64,000 nt of DNA from a bacterium. GTDB lineage: Bacteria > Arandabacterota > Arandabacteria > Arandabacterales > Arandabacteraceae. The position numbers and the translations under genes were made by a program. The notes beneath the pieces are model-generated. The model saw nothing but the letters and a program-made list of their open reading frames with translations, was not told where the DNA came from and searched no databases. The stretch lies in NCBI GenBank assembly GCA_025774405.1, contig JALGWB010000001.1, forward strand, positions 16,609 to 80,608. Direction: 5' to 3'. Positions 1-9,255 of the stretch are shown piece by piece (position 1 is the stretch's first letter; the number at the start of each line of letters is the position of its first letter).

Positions 1-32
1 CAGCCGTTGTGCCTTCTCCAGGCGTGTCTCAG

Positions 33-146
33 TCATGCTCCGTACTTCTCCCCTGCAAGAAAGGCTCCTAGGACAAATACAAAGATCATGACAATACCCC
101 GTGCGATGGACACGGGTGTGGCGAGCCAAGTCCAAAGATCAGTCAT
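33..146 (-). CDS. small hydrophobic (single TM) protein, short form of ORF 33..263
   Basis: C-terminal 37 aa MTDLWTWLATPVSIARGIVMIFVFVLGAFLAGEKYGA has one clear TM helix; the upstream part of the ORF overlaps the next gene. Confidence 0.25.
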   Translation of the reverse strand: MTDLWTWLATPVSIARGIVMIFVFVLGAFLAGEKYGA

Positions 147-171
147 TTGCTCCTCCTTGCATAGTGTGTCT

Positions 172-534
172 TCATGATCTCTCAGCCTCATCGGGCCATA
201 GGGCTTGCAACAGAACTTTCTGGCATTTGAAACACAGGTAGAACGATTCGCCCCCCATCTCAAAGGCCTTGAGACTGTTTGTTGCTCTCTCTGGGATTCC
301 GCATCGCCTACAGAAAGGTTCGTCGGGTCTGCGTATACTTTGCCAGTATTGTTTTAGTGTGGGGCTGATGTCAGAAGCTAGGTGCATATCTCTTTCCTTC
401 TTTCCGTGATGATTGATACTGGGCGGCGTTCCTGGGTTGCCTTCAGGATCGAACCACGTCCAGTATTTGCCATCTACTGTGTATCGCTTTTCCCATCCCA
501 CCATCGGTTTGGCTTGTTGCTGATAGGGGGGCAT
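172..534 (-). CDS. hypothetical protein with CxxC pairs (CRRCG...CFKCQ)
   Basis: 120-aa ORF in the leftward operon, two Cys pairs suggest a zinc ribbon. Confidence 0.4.
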   Translation of the reverse strand: MPPYQQQAKPMVGWEKRYTVDGKYWTWFDPEGNPGTPPSINHHGKKERDMHLASDISPTLKQYWQSIRRPDEPFCRRCGIPERATNSLKAFEMGGESFYLCFKCQKVLLQALWPDEAERS

Positions 535-593
535 CGGTCAGTTCTCCTTTCGCATAGGATTACAACAACGAGCCTATTCATTGAGTTGCCTCG

Positions 594-887
594 TTATTGT
601 GTCTCTCTTCTTTTCTTCGCCAGATCACCTAATGCTTCCGACACAGCAATCAGGCAACTGGAAACACGAGAGTTGGCATAGCCTGTATAGCTCTTGTAAT
701 ACTCATCCCACAAGTGAGGCTCTTGGTAATAAGCTCTTGCGTTCCAGCCTCGATCACGTACTCCAATGGCAATCTCGGTGCCATCTGGCATGTTTGCTAT
801 CAGATTGCCTATCGCTGCATACTCTGTACCAGACGGCATGTTTGCTATCTGTTTGCCTAAAGCCTCACGCTCTGCCTCGGTTAGCAT
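594..887 (-). CDS. hypothetical protein with internal 14-aa repeat (IANMPSGTEYAAIG / IANMPDGTEIAIG)
   Basis: Start moved to internal Met (MLTEAEREA) so the gene abuts the stop of the upstream gene at 892; repeat seen in DNA at 770-860. Confidence 0.35.
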   Translation of the reverse strand: MLTEAEREALGKQIANMPSGTEYAAIGNLIANMPDGTEIAIGVRDRGWNARAYYQEPHLWDEYYKSYTGYANSRVSSCLIAVSEALGDLAKKRRETQ

Positions 888-891
888 TTGG

Positions 892-1320
892 TCAGTTCTC
901 CTTTTCCATGGCCAACTGAACGGCAAGTGCATGAACGCAGAGGTCGTCGGTGTAAGAATGGTGTTGACCCCAGTTGCAGGTGCAGAAGAACTTGCCAGAG
1001 GTATAGACCGTAGTGTGATAGTGGCTCCTCTCTGTCTGCACAACTGCTCCCGTCTCGTAAGCGCCACGATAGCCAATCTTCACCTTTCCCTCGTCCACCA
1101 GCCTCTGCGCCTTCTCCAGGCGTGTCTCGGCCATTTGCGGATTTCCTCCATGTTGTCCTCTCTGATCTAGCGCTTTCCTCAAAGCTTCTCTTGCATCCAG
1201 AATATCCAGATCGTACAGCATCCCGTTCCCGATGTTGTCCATCTTCTCTAGCAAAAGTTCACCCGCTTCCCTCAATTCATCCACCGGCTGCTGCACATTC
1301 TCTGTGCATGTCTCTGTCAT
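892..1320 (-). CDS. SWIM zinc-finger protein
   Basis: CTCNWGQHHSYTDDLCVHA matches the CxCxnCxH SWIM signature near the C-terminus. Confidence 0.55.
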   Translation of the reverse strand: MTETCTENVQQPVDELREAGELLLEKMDNIGNGMLYDLDILDAREALRKALDQRGQHGGNPQMAETRLEKAQRLVDEGKVKIGYRGAYETGAVVQTERSHYHTTVYTSGKFFCTCNWGQHHSYTDDLCVHALAVQLAMEKEN

Positions 1321-1375
1321 CGGTTACTCCTTTTCTACAGAGCTCTCATAGTGGTAAGTTACTCCATGGACATTC

Positions 1376-1750
1376 CTATGGTAGTAAGTGCAACCATGAC
1401 AATAGCCGATATAGCCAGGTTCGCCTGAGTGACTCATACTGGCGTATAATGACTCGCTGCTCTTGCAACTCTTTCTCTATTCGCGATGCCACAATGCTGT
1501 CCACCAAACCTGCCAATTTATCTGGCAGGTCGTCGTCACAAACCCAAATCGTCAGTACTTGGTCCTGCTTCCAGTGCCTCCTTGTTAGCTTGTGGCGATG
1601 ATAGACCTTAGAAGATACATTTGCCAGATTGCTCTGCCCGAAATCGTACCACACGTCTGGCTCTTCATAGAAACGTTCTCCAGCGAACTTGGGGGGTACA
1701 TTCACCGTTCGCGTCTTTACTTCCCACAACTCTATGGTTTCTGTAGTCAT
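1376..1750 (-). CDS. hypothetical protein
   Basis: 124-aa ORF, tight packing with neighbours. Confidence 0.45.
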   Translation of the reverse strand: MTTETIELWEVKTRTVNVPPKFAGERFYEEPDVWYDFGQSNLANVSSKVYHRHKLTRRHWKQDQVLTIWVCDDDLPDKLAGLVDSIVASRIEKELQEQRVIIRQYESLRRTWLYRLLSWLHLLP

Positions 1751-1762
1751 AGCGACCCTCCT

Positions 1763-1996
1763 TCAGTCTCCCACATGAGATAGCAAACTATCACCCCCAC
1801 TGCGCCAAGAGTCTAGCACGGCATCGAACCAGGCACTAGCCTCTCGTCCCTTCATCCGCATGGCTTGCAATTCTTCAGGGGTCACAGAGCCCCAATATTC
1901 CTGGCACATCCGCTCTAGTTCTTCATCAGAATATCCTAGGTCGCCCATCGTCCTCGGGTACTGATTCCATCCACTTTGCGCTTTTTCGTCGGCCAT
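1763..1996 (-). CDS. hypothetical protein
   Basis: 77-aa ORF in operon. Confidence 0.4.
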   Translation of the reverse strand: MADEKAQSGWNQYPRTMGDLGYSDEELERMCQEYWGSVTPEELQAMRMKGREASAWFDAVLDSWRSGGDSLLSHVGD

Positions 1997-2030
1997 CTAT
2001 AGTCTCCTCTTCGCTGCAACTTGGCATGTC

Positions 2031-2315
2031 TCACATATCTCTTCCGTCTCTCCTCCTTATGGAATCACGCAACTCCTCAATCCAGCACCAGTCTGGCAGA
2101 CCATAGCTGTGTCTCACTATGACCAGACCAGGGAATCGTTTCCTACCTATTCCTTGAGAAGTAGCGCACTCCATAATGTCAATATAGCCTGGGTCACCAG
2201 ACATAATGACATTCAACTCATCCTCTATCTTGGGCAATTTCGCCAGTAATCCCAACAGTGGAGTGGTCGCCAGTGCTTTTACAAACTCGCGGCGATTCAT
2301 CTCTCCTCCTATCAC
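2031..2315 (-). CDS. hypothetical protein
   Basis: 94-aa ORF in operon. Confidence 0.4.
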   Translation of the reverse strand: MIGGEMNRREFVKALATTPLLGLLAKLPKIEDELNVIMSGDPGYIDIMECATSQGIGRKRFPGLVIVRHSYGLPDWCWIEELRDSIRRRDGRDM

Positions 2316-2326
2316 ACGTGCAATTG

Positions 2327-2569
2327 TTAGTCTGCTACAAGATAGGCATGCTCTATCAGATACGTGTTCTCTGCCAGCAAATCGTCGGTTGATAAGAATT
2401 CACCGCAGGTAGGACAATGGGTAATGTATTCACCCGCAGTTGGGCTTTCTTCCTCCTCATCCCTATACTCTGGCCTATATCGAATCCCTGTCCATCGATA
2501 CACGAGCCAGATTCTGTGACCGCATCCGTGCCGCATGAATACCATAGCCGGGTCCTCCTCGCTAGTCAC
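2327..2569 (-). CDS. small zinc-ribbon protein (CGH...CPTCG)
   Basis: 80-aa ORF with Cys/His pairs. Confidence 0.4.
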   Translation of the reverse strand: MTSEEDPAMVFMRHGCGHRIWLVYRWTGIRYRPEYRDEEEESPTAGEYITHCPTCGEFLSTDDLLAENTYLIEHAYLVAD

Positions 2570-2573
2570 TCCT

Positions 2574-2828
2574 TCACAGAATATCTATTAGCCTAGTTCG
2601 AGCGGCCGATCTATCGCTTCGAACTGGCGTCTCGTCGCTACTGAGATGCAAATCTGTCACCAGCCAGTCTATCTCGTTCTTGCCCGTGATGTCCTTCTCT
2701 ATTGCACGCAGTGTCGACGAAAGTTTTGAGATGGCTTTGGCAAAATCGTCAAGTGAAACTTTGCCCTCAAGATGAATCGCCAAACTGTCTTTGTCCATGT
2801 TGTTGTTCCCCACACTTACTTTTGTCAT
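2574..2828 (-). CDS. hypothetical protein
   Basis: 84-aa ORF in operon. Confidence 0.4.
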   Translation of the reverse strand: MTKVSVGNNNMDKDSLAIHLEGKVSLDDFAKAISKLSSTLRAIEKDITGKNEIDWLVTDLHLSSDETPVRSDRSAARTRLIDIL

Positions 2829-3028
2829 CCCATCGCCTCGCTAACAACACCGCAATAAGGTTGTCAGTATCCTAGCCACAGAGAGGACTATGACGCGGGC
2901 GTGGCTCGCCTGCTTCCGCTAAGGGATTTTGGTTGCCCACGGTAAGCTCAGCTATGCCCCTGTATCATCCCAGACCGGTTGCCACACATACATATATCGG
3001 GCATATTATGCCGCCCGCGCCTTGTCCT

Positions 3029-3379
3029 TTAGCCTACACGATTGTTGATTTCATTTACCTCCTTCAGTACCCTCTCCAATCTTACAAGGATGTTGTCATT
3101 CAAAACCTGGGTACAGTTGTCAAGCCGCTGAATCACTTTTGTAGGCTTGGGTATGACCAGTTCTGTTCCCTCGCCGTTTTGAGAGATTCCCAAAACATCC
3201 TCGATATAGCAGAGCCGCCTTTGAATCCGGTCTACACAATCACAGAGTGTCGCAACCTTCACTTCGTCAATCGCCTCTGGATTTCTCATCGTAGCATCCT
3301 CTTGTAACGCTGTCCCACCATAACATCCCAGTGTCATTACTTCCCCTATCCCTGTCGCCTCTGGCCCTAAGATAACCAT
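3029..3379 (-). CDS. hypothetical protein
   Basis: 116-aa ORF. Confidence 0.4.
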   Translation of the reverse strand: MVILGPEATGIGEVMTLGCYGGTALQEDATMRNPEAIDEVKVATLCDCVDRIQRRLCYIEDVLGISQNGEGTELVIPKPTKVIQRLDNCTQVLNDNILVRLERVLKEVNEINNRVG

Positions 3380-3537
3380 CCTTCCTCCTTTCGGTTTTTT
3401 GCTATTCTCTCATCCCCTCTTGGTCATAGCCAACAACGCCATGATCGCCATCCCGAACCACACTCCTAACACCCAAGCTACGCCAACCCACCATCCCATT
3501 ATCCCCCCTCCAGACTCACGTTGGTCGAATACGAATA

Positions 3538-3993
3538 TCACTTGCCTCCAGCCTCCTCGCTCACCTCTTCACATGTCCAGACTAGATAGCCAGGGGTTTC
3601 GTGGAGAAGGCTCGCCACTTCCCTAGGAAGCACCTTGGACTTGACAAGTGCATTTACAGCTTTCTTGGAGACTTTGCGCTCAACCAGCTGGGGTAAAACC
3701 TCACCAAGGCCAAGGTCAGCAAGGTAGCTCTGAATCTCAGGGAAAAAGTATTCGCTATGTGTACGCCTGCTGGCTGTAAGTCTGACGCTGCCAACAATCC
3801 TTGTTTCTCGCTTGGCGACTAGAGGGCCCCAGGCTTCCTTGAGTTGCTTCTTGATAGATGCCTCGCGGCGGGCCAGGGCTTTCTGCGTTCTTCGGACGGA
3901 GTAAAGACTGTATGCCAAATATTCTAACTGTCTCTCTTTCATACCTATTCCTCTCTTACCCATGCGAGCCATTGCCCTTCCCATACTCAGCAT
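3538..3993 (-). CDS. hypothetical basic protein
   Basis: 151-aa ORF, overlaps the upstream gene by 38 nt. Confidence 0.4.
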   Translation of the reverse strand: MLSMGRAMARMGKRGIGMKERQLEYLAYSLYSVRRTQKALARREASIKKQLKEAWGPLVAKRETRIVGSVRLTASRRTHSEYFFPEIQSYLADLGLGEVLPQLVERKVSKKAVNALVKSKVLPREVASLLHETPGYLVWTCEEVSEEAGGK

Positions 3994-4672
3994 GGGCCGC
4001 TTGGTAGATTGACCTTGCAGTTACTTTCCCTATGCCTTTCACTGTCCTGAGTTCCTCTTGACTAGCCGATAAGACGGCCAAGGGAGTTTTCAGCTCCGCC
4101 AATAACCGCTTGGCAAGTTCCACACTGACTCGCGGGCAGCCAGTTACAATGTGGATGGCTCGAATGTCGTCTTGATTGCCCATCGCGAACGGCATCCGCC
4201 TTTTCATCAGGCTCTCATGACGCTCCTTCTGAAACCAGCTGTGGATAGAAACGAGTACCTGCGCAGCAGTGTACTTGTTTGGCGCTATAGGCAGAACTGT
4301 GACCCCGTGCTTGCTAATTGATAGCAAGGCATTGGTCAGTTGAGTATAAGTAGGCCAGGGAGGATGGACTTTGACTCCCGTCCTCGTGCGACAGTAACCC
4401 TGCTTAGTGACAGTCAGGAATCCAAAGGGGAGCAGGAGGGAGGACTCATAGGTCAGTATCATCCGAGCAGATTGCTCAAATAGCCTGCCGCTGCGGAGGG
4501 AGCTCAGCAAGTCATCAGACGCCTTCAGCTCGACGCCAACCGAGATGCCGCCATGAGCCAGGAAGCTGACGTCTCCTGCCTCCAGCCTGGTAGTCAGGAC
4601 CTCTGCGCCAGCCTCCTCCAGGAGCTCTAGCACATGGTGATGCCCACGATTGTCGGCTATAAAGAGCGCCAC
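3956..4672 (-). CDS. ERCC4-type (XPF/Mus81/Hef-like) structure-specific nuclease with C-terminal HhH
   Basis: GDVSFLAHGGISVGVELKASDDLLSSLRSGRLFEQ matches the GDx..ERKxxxD..GRLxxQ ERCC4 signature; C-terminal ELRTVKGIGKVTARSI is helix-hairpin-helix. Confidence 0.7.
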   Translation of the reverse strand: MALFIADNRGHHHVLELLEEAGAEVLTTRLEAGDVSFLAHGGISVGVELKASDDLLSSLRSGRLFEQSARMILTYESSLLLPFGFLTVTKQGYCRTRTGVKVHPPWPTYTQLTNALLSISKHGVTVLPIAPNKYTAAQVLVSIHSWFQKERHESLMKRRMPFAMGNQDDIRAIHIVTGCPRVSVELAKRLLAELKTPLAVLSASQEELRTVKGIGKVTARSIYQAAHAEYGKGNGSHG

Positions 4673-4691
4673 AGGACTATCCTCTTACAGA

Positions 4692-5723
4692 CTATTCCTC
4701 GCCATATAGACTGCCGTCTTCCTTGACCAATTCACTTAAGTCGAACGTCTCTGTATCCAGGCCTGGCTCCTGGCTTAGTCTTTGATCCACAAACTTAACA
4801 ATTCCCATTTTCTCAAGTTCGGGTATCTCCTTGGAGTAGAGGCCTGATATCATTGTTAAGATAGACTCTCGTCTATCAGCAGCCTCTTTGCTGTCTAGGA
4901 CTTCTTTGAGCGCATCCAAGGTAGCCTGAGGTGTGCCGAATTTGGCCTTAGCCTCAGGAATGTCTGAACATTCCAAGAGGTAGAGCGCCTCCTTGGGACT
5001 ACGGCCTAAGGCTACAGCAGCCCTAGTGAAGTCCAGCCAGTCTGAGACTGGGGTTCCTGCTAACCCTACTGGTTTCTCCTCACCAGACTCATCTAGCAGC
5101 GGTCTCTCCTCGCTTGCCATGGATACTACTAGCCCCTCCTCCCTCGACAGAGTAGCCGTTGGCAGTGTAGAGAAAGGAGACTCACCACTGAGCTCCTCCC
5201 AGCCATAGAGATGACTCGATATATCTGGAAATAAAGCTCGTCCTCCTCTTAGGATACATCTGGCTCGATGCATGTCCTTACCGAACTTACGGTAGGTGTC
5301 CTTGTTTGCAAAGCCAGCCCGCTTGTCATCAGCAGATGACCAAGTTGTGGTATAGGCGCTGGGGATTCCCTTTCGCTTCATGGTCATTGTGCAGGAATCG
5401 TCTGTCTCCTCGAAGGAGATATCCTCCAGGAGGCCGCTCCTGAAGATGAGGGCCAAGATAGTTTGAGAGTCTGCCTGGACCGCTCCGTGAACTGGGAACA
5501 GGCCCCCGCTGACGGATACCATTGGAGGGAGGCCTAACTCACGCCCCCTGAGCATCACTGCCAGTGCTTTCTCAGGAGTATCTAAGCTCTTTGGGAGGAA
5601 CCCAGATTCGACTAAGACGTTGGCCTGAGCTCTCATTTCCTCGAAGGAGGCCATGGGCGTAGGCTGCCTGATAGCTGGAACCTGGGAAGTTTGCGATTGT
5701 TGTGAATCTATCACCTCGGTCAT
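4692..5723 (-). CDS. putative RecT/Red-beta-like single-strand annealing protein
   Basis: N-terminal region KALAVMLRGRELGLPPMVSV...ILALIFRSGLL resembles the RecT core (LGLxP...IIGYRG..ARRSG); sits two genes downstream of a Cas4-like exonuclease. Confidence 0.45.
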   Translation of the reverse strand: MTEVIDSQQSQTSQVPAIRQPTPMASFEEMRAQANVLVESGFLPKSLDTPEKALAVMLRGRELGLPPMVSVSGGLFPVHGAVQADSQTILALIFRSGLLEDISFEETDDSCTMTMKRKGIPSAYTTTWSSADDKRAGFANKDTYRKFGKDMHRARCILRGGRALFPDISSHLYGWEELSGESPFSTLPTATLSREEGLVVSMASEERPLLDESGEEKPVGLAGTPVSDWLDFTRAAVALGRSPKEALYLLECSDIPEAKAKFGTPQATLDALKEVLDSKEAADRRESILTMISGLYSKEIPELEKMGIVKFVDQRLSQEPGLDTETFDLSELVKEDGSLYGEE

Positions 5724-6031
5724 GACTCATCCCACCTTTCTCTGTCTGCTCTGTTTTGCCATTCTGATACCCAGTTAGGCATGGGTTCCAATTTCTCACC
5801 CCGCAGGCGAGCCTCCTCCTTGAGCCAAGTGTCCTCAGCCTCGTCGTCCAATTCAACAAAGGGACCTCGGAAGGGGCCTTTGCGATTCTCTAGTTCTTGA
5901 AAGAAGGCTTGGTCCATAACCTCCTCTAACTCTTCAGACAATTCAGGCGTTCTCACTTTGCCTCCTTTACCAAAGTAACATCGACGGAAGAAATACTTAC
6001 TCCGACTTGAAAGCGGGTTTTGTGCCTCCAA
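5720..6031 (-). CDS. hypothetical acidic protein
   Basis: 103-aa ORF. Confidence 0.35.
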   Translation of the reverse strand: MEAQNPLSSRSKYFFRRCYFGKGGKVRTPELSEELEEVMDQAFFQELENRKGPFRGPFVELDDEAEDTWLKEEARLRGEKLEPMPNWVSEWQNRADRERWDES

Positions 6032-6333
6032 AACCGCATAATGCCGCTCGGATACTCACAGTCTGTTCGTAAAATGGGAATAAGGTTGAAGAGACTTTTG
6101 GGAACCGTCTCCTCAGTAAACTTCCAATTTACATCATCACAGTAGGCGGCTATCTCAGATATCCACTTTTCGCCTATTCGTGTCACTCCCACGACTGCAA
6201 TTTGCATGAAGCCGCTCTCATGCTTGCGACGTGTGGGGACAAGATATAGCCAGTCGTAAGTCGATACTTCGTCCCAAGGCCTTTCAGGTAGGCTCAATAG
6301 GGCCTTATGGGTGATCTTACCTAGAACTTCCAT
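5953..6333 (-). CDS. hypothetical protein
   Basis: 126-aa ORF; true start may be internal to avoid overlap. Confidence 0.35.
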   Translation of the reverse strand: MEVLGKITHKALLSLPERPWDEVSTYDWLYLVPTRRKHESGFMQIAVVGVTRIGEKWISEIAAYCDDVNWKFTEETVPKSLFNLIPILRTDCEYPSGIMRFWRHKTRFQVGVSISSVDVTLVKEAK

Positions 6334-6349
6334 GATATACCTCCCCTAT

Positions 6350-7099
6350 TCAACAAATGTCTCGATAGCTACACCAACGGCATAAGTAGGATTCTCTCCT
6401 GGGAAATCTGCCTGCCGAGACTCCTTCAACGAACTCTGGGATAATCACGGAGTCAAGTTCATCTAACTGTGCCTCACTACGGTGAACTTCAGCGATCTGC
6501 CACTGAACTGGGAGAGCCTTGGTGCCGATTACAAATAGGAATCTATGCCCAGGAATCTGTTTCATATAGCAAGTGGATTGCAAATCCTCCTTGAGGCGTT
6601 TCTTGGGCCAAGGTCGAGAGGCAGTTTTGAAATCGTAGATAGCGTCTTCAGTCACTAGGTCAGGATGAGATATAAAGGGCAGATGACCGCCGTCTGGCAG
6701 TGAAACCTGTCTCCTCACTGTCATCTCCACGCCCACGATGGGAGAGAGGATAGATGGGGCTATCTCAGTCATGTAGGAGCGAACCATGGCGAGGCCTAAG
6801 GCCCGGAGATCGCTGGGATCGTTCCCAGACCAGTCGATCTGCTCTGTGAAAGTCACTACCCCATCTCGGAAGAAGTCATCTGTGATCCCACAATCCCACT
6901 CTCTCTCGAATGCTGACAGAGCCCTGGTTTCCTCGTCTATCAGCCCAGCCGCTATGCCAGCATGCACACACCTACCAAAGTAAAGTGGCCATGGGCATGC
7001 TACTGGGATGGCTAGAACTTCCGAAAGATAGAACTTCCGAGGACACTGACGGTACTGGGATAGATATGTATAGGAGAGAGACTTAAGCTCGAAACTCAT
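6350..7099 (-). CDS. Cas4/RecB-family PD-(D/E)XK exonuclease with Fe-S cysteines
   Basis: N-terminal Cys (YRQCPRKFYL), DxK-type core (HPDLV...YDFKT) and C-terminal CRWCSYRDIC (Cx2Cx5C), the Cas4/AddB-like arrangement. Confidence 0.65.
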   Translation of the reverse strand: MSFELKSLSYTYLSQYRQCPRKFYLSEVLAIPVACPWPLYFGRCVHAGIAAGLIDEETRALSAFEREWDCGITDDFFRDGVVTFTEQIDWSGNDPSDLRALGLAMVRSYMTEIAPSILSPIVGVEMTVRRQVSLPDGGHLPFISHPDLVTEDAIYDFKTASRPWPKKRLKEDLQSTCYMKQIPGHRFLFVIGTKALPVQWQIAEVHRSEAQLDELDSVIIPEFVEGVSAGRFPRRESYLCRWCSYRDIC

Positions 7100-7470
7100 A
7101 CCAGTCTCTCCTCACACTTGCTTGGTCTCTCCACATATCTCCCTACCCTTCCCATCTCATCATAGACGACTTCACATGGCAACTCGCCCTTTGTCCAGGC
7201 CAACCCGTTTATGATGATAGTTGTGCCCTCGTCATATTTACATAAGAGGCTATAAAGTAGAGATAATTCTTGTTCATAGCCTCTGATTTGACCCATAAGG
7301 CCATATCGAGGCAGGGCAACAACAGGAGTGACTTTGCCTGTTAGCCAATTCTTCCTTGCAGGCTTTAGAACCTCAGTTAATGGCTCTTTGCGAAGATCAT
7401 CTAGTTCCATCTGATACTTTTCAAGTATGGGCTCAATTACGGTCCTGAGGTCACTCTGTGGCTTACTCAT
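7096..7470 (-). CDS. hypothetical protein
   Basis: 124-aa ORF, start overlaps next stop. Confidence 0.4.
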   Translation of the reverse strand: MSKPQSDLRTVIEPILEKYQMELDDLRKEPLTEVLKPARKNWLTGKVTPVVALPRYGLMGQIRGYEQELSLLYSLLCKYDEGTTIIINGLAWTKGELPCEVVYDEMGRVGRYVERPSKCEERLV

Positions 7471-7664
7471 GCTAACTCCCCTGTGAACTCTAGGCTATCT
7501 CTGGGCTTGATCTCCACCCTGACTTTGGCTCCTCTCAATGCCTCAAACAAGTCCTGGCCGTAATGACGCTGTGCTGTTCTCAGAGTTAGCACCACTATGC
7601 TCTCCTGGCTAGATGCCGAACGACTTACTATTCTAACCAACTCACCGCTCAGAGTGATTTTCAT
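7467..7664 (-). CDS. hypothetical small protein
   Basis: 65-aa ORF. Confidence 0.35.
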   Translation of the reverse strand: MKITLSGELVRIVSRSASSQESIVVLTLRTAQRHYGQDLFEALRGAKVRVEIKPRDSLEFTGELA

Positions 7665-7759
7665 GGATGTCCTCCTGGATGGTGGGCTAGGGCAAGAATG
7701 CTACTCTAGCCCACCTTCTCAAGGGAGATAAGCCTAAGGCAGACTTACTCCCCGCGACT

Positions 7760-8467
7760 CTAAAATCTCATCTCAAAGCTGTAGGCTCCGTTCTCCTCAC
7801 TCACGCACTCGGCTGCTACTAGGCTGCTCAGAGCGCTGGCTCCTCTAGTGGCTATCGCGGCTTTGAGTCCCTTCTCGTGCTGATTGATGCTCAGCATCAT
7901 CAAGGCAGGCCACTTGAGAGGGCCCTTGCCCGAAGCCTTGGCAGCTTCCAGAGTGTCCAGGAGAGCGTTCTGCACAGCTTCATCTGAGTCAGAGCCAGCA
8001 GAGCCAGTCTCCTCGGTCACGTCTCTCTTGCCCAAGTACTTGGTAGGGACCAGGATCATGGGCTCCCTATCACCGATCTTGATCTTGCGTCCTGATACCT
8101 CGGACATGGTCTTACGTTCCCAGTGGAAGGTCATACCCTCCCAAACTGAGGCCTCGTCCCCAGGAGGCAACTTAGCCTCACACTTCAGAGCGGACTTAAC
8201 CAGGAGGTCTATCTTGGAGTTCTCCTTGAACTGAGCTCCTCCTACTCTAAGCCCACCGTCCAGTACCACGAAGTCGCCCTTGCCAAGTGAGTACCAGGCA
8301 AGCTGATTCTCGCCTGCGTAGTCAGGGTCTAGGTTCTTGATCGAGAGAACCATCTGTACTCCGTAGTCGCCCTCTTGGAAGACGGCGGTCTCCACCACTC
8401 CATCGAACTTGTCCAGGAAGCCTGCAGGTTCAGGATTCCTGTTCCAACCAAACTCTCCTTTAGGCAT
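7760..8467 (-). CDS. hypothetical protein (possible ssDNA-binding role, unproven)
   Basis: 235-aa ORF with acidic patch SAGSDSDEAV; sits in the recombination cluster. Confidence 0.4.
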   Translation of the reverse strand: MPKGEFGWNRNPEPAGFLDKFDGVVETAVFQEGDYGVQMVLSIKNLDPDYAGENQLAWYSLGKGDFVVLDGGLRVGGAQFKENSKIDLLVKSALKCEAKLPPGDEASVWEGMTFHWERKTMSEVSGRKIKIGDREPMILVPTKYLGKRDVTEETGSAGSDSDEAVQNALLDTLEAAKASGKGPLKWPALMMLSINQHEKGLKAAIATRGASALSSLVAAECVSEENGAYSFEMRF

Positions 8468-8510
8468 GTCTTTCTCCTTTATGTAGATAAACGGCTAACC
8501 GATCTAGGCC

Positions 8511-8717
8511 TTATTCCCCTATTCTCCTCCTTTCGATTTTATCAGCTTGGCAGATGCGAGCAAGAACTGCCAGCAAGGATGAACCACAGAAGACCGCAGT
8601 GGCAGTGGGGAGATCTCCGAGACACAACAGGATAGTAGCTGCAAATCCGCCAAGTGTCGCTAGGGCCATGAGGAAGTTGTCCATCGTTACCTCTTTTCTC
8701 CAATCGAGTCCTTGCAT
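8511..8717 (-). CDS. small two-TM membrane protein
   Basis: MDNFLMALATLGGFAATILLCLGDLPTATAVFCGSSLLAVLARI is hydrophobic. Confidence 0.35.
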   Translation of the reverse strand: MQGLDWRKEVTMDNFLMALATLGGFAATILLCLGDLPTATAVFCGSSLLAVLARICQADKIERRRIGE

Positions 8718-8913
8718 TGTGAATCTCCCTTTTCTGTTTTAGCCCGCTGCCGAGACCTCTTAAGTCAGCTCCTACTGCGATGTGTGCTAAGGTAGCAAGA
8801 CCTTCCTTTTTACTGTCTAGCATCAATCCTCTAGGTTAAAGCAAGTACTGCCAAGAGACAAGCACCAACGAGCACACCAGCAATAGATGACCAGCCAGGT
8901 CTCGCCATAGGCC

Positions 8914-9216
8914 TCATTCCATAGGTACCTCCTCATTGCCAGGAGCCTCGCGGGGCTTCATCTCGATCTCAACTACATTCTTCTTGGCCAGAAGAACACT
9001 CAATTTCCCGCCCCCCGATTCTCGGACTGTAAGTGAATTCTTGACGCCACGGGTCAGGAAGATCTTCCAACGAGGCCCTTTCCAATCCTCGCCCAGCATG
9101 TCTATAACTATGCCGCCGAGATCTTCGGTAAACCCCGTATCGCCTTCACTAACGATCTCCTCCCAGGCACCAGGACATTCACTGCCTTTGGGGAACTTAA
9201 CCAAGTAAACCTTCAT
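8914..9216 (-). CDS. hypothetical protein
   Basis: 100-aa ORF. Confidence 0.4.
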   Translation of the reverse strand: MKVYLVKFPKGSECPGAWEEIVSEGDTGFTEDLGGIVIDMLGEDWKGPRWKIFLTRGVKNSLTVRESGGGKLSVLLAKKNVVEIEMKPREAPGNEEVPME

Positions 9217-9255
9217 TATCCCTCCTTTCCCTTGGACATACTTAGTTGTAACAGG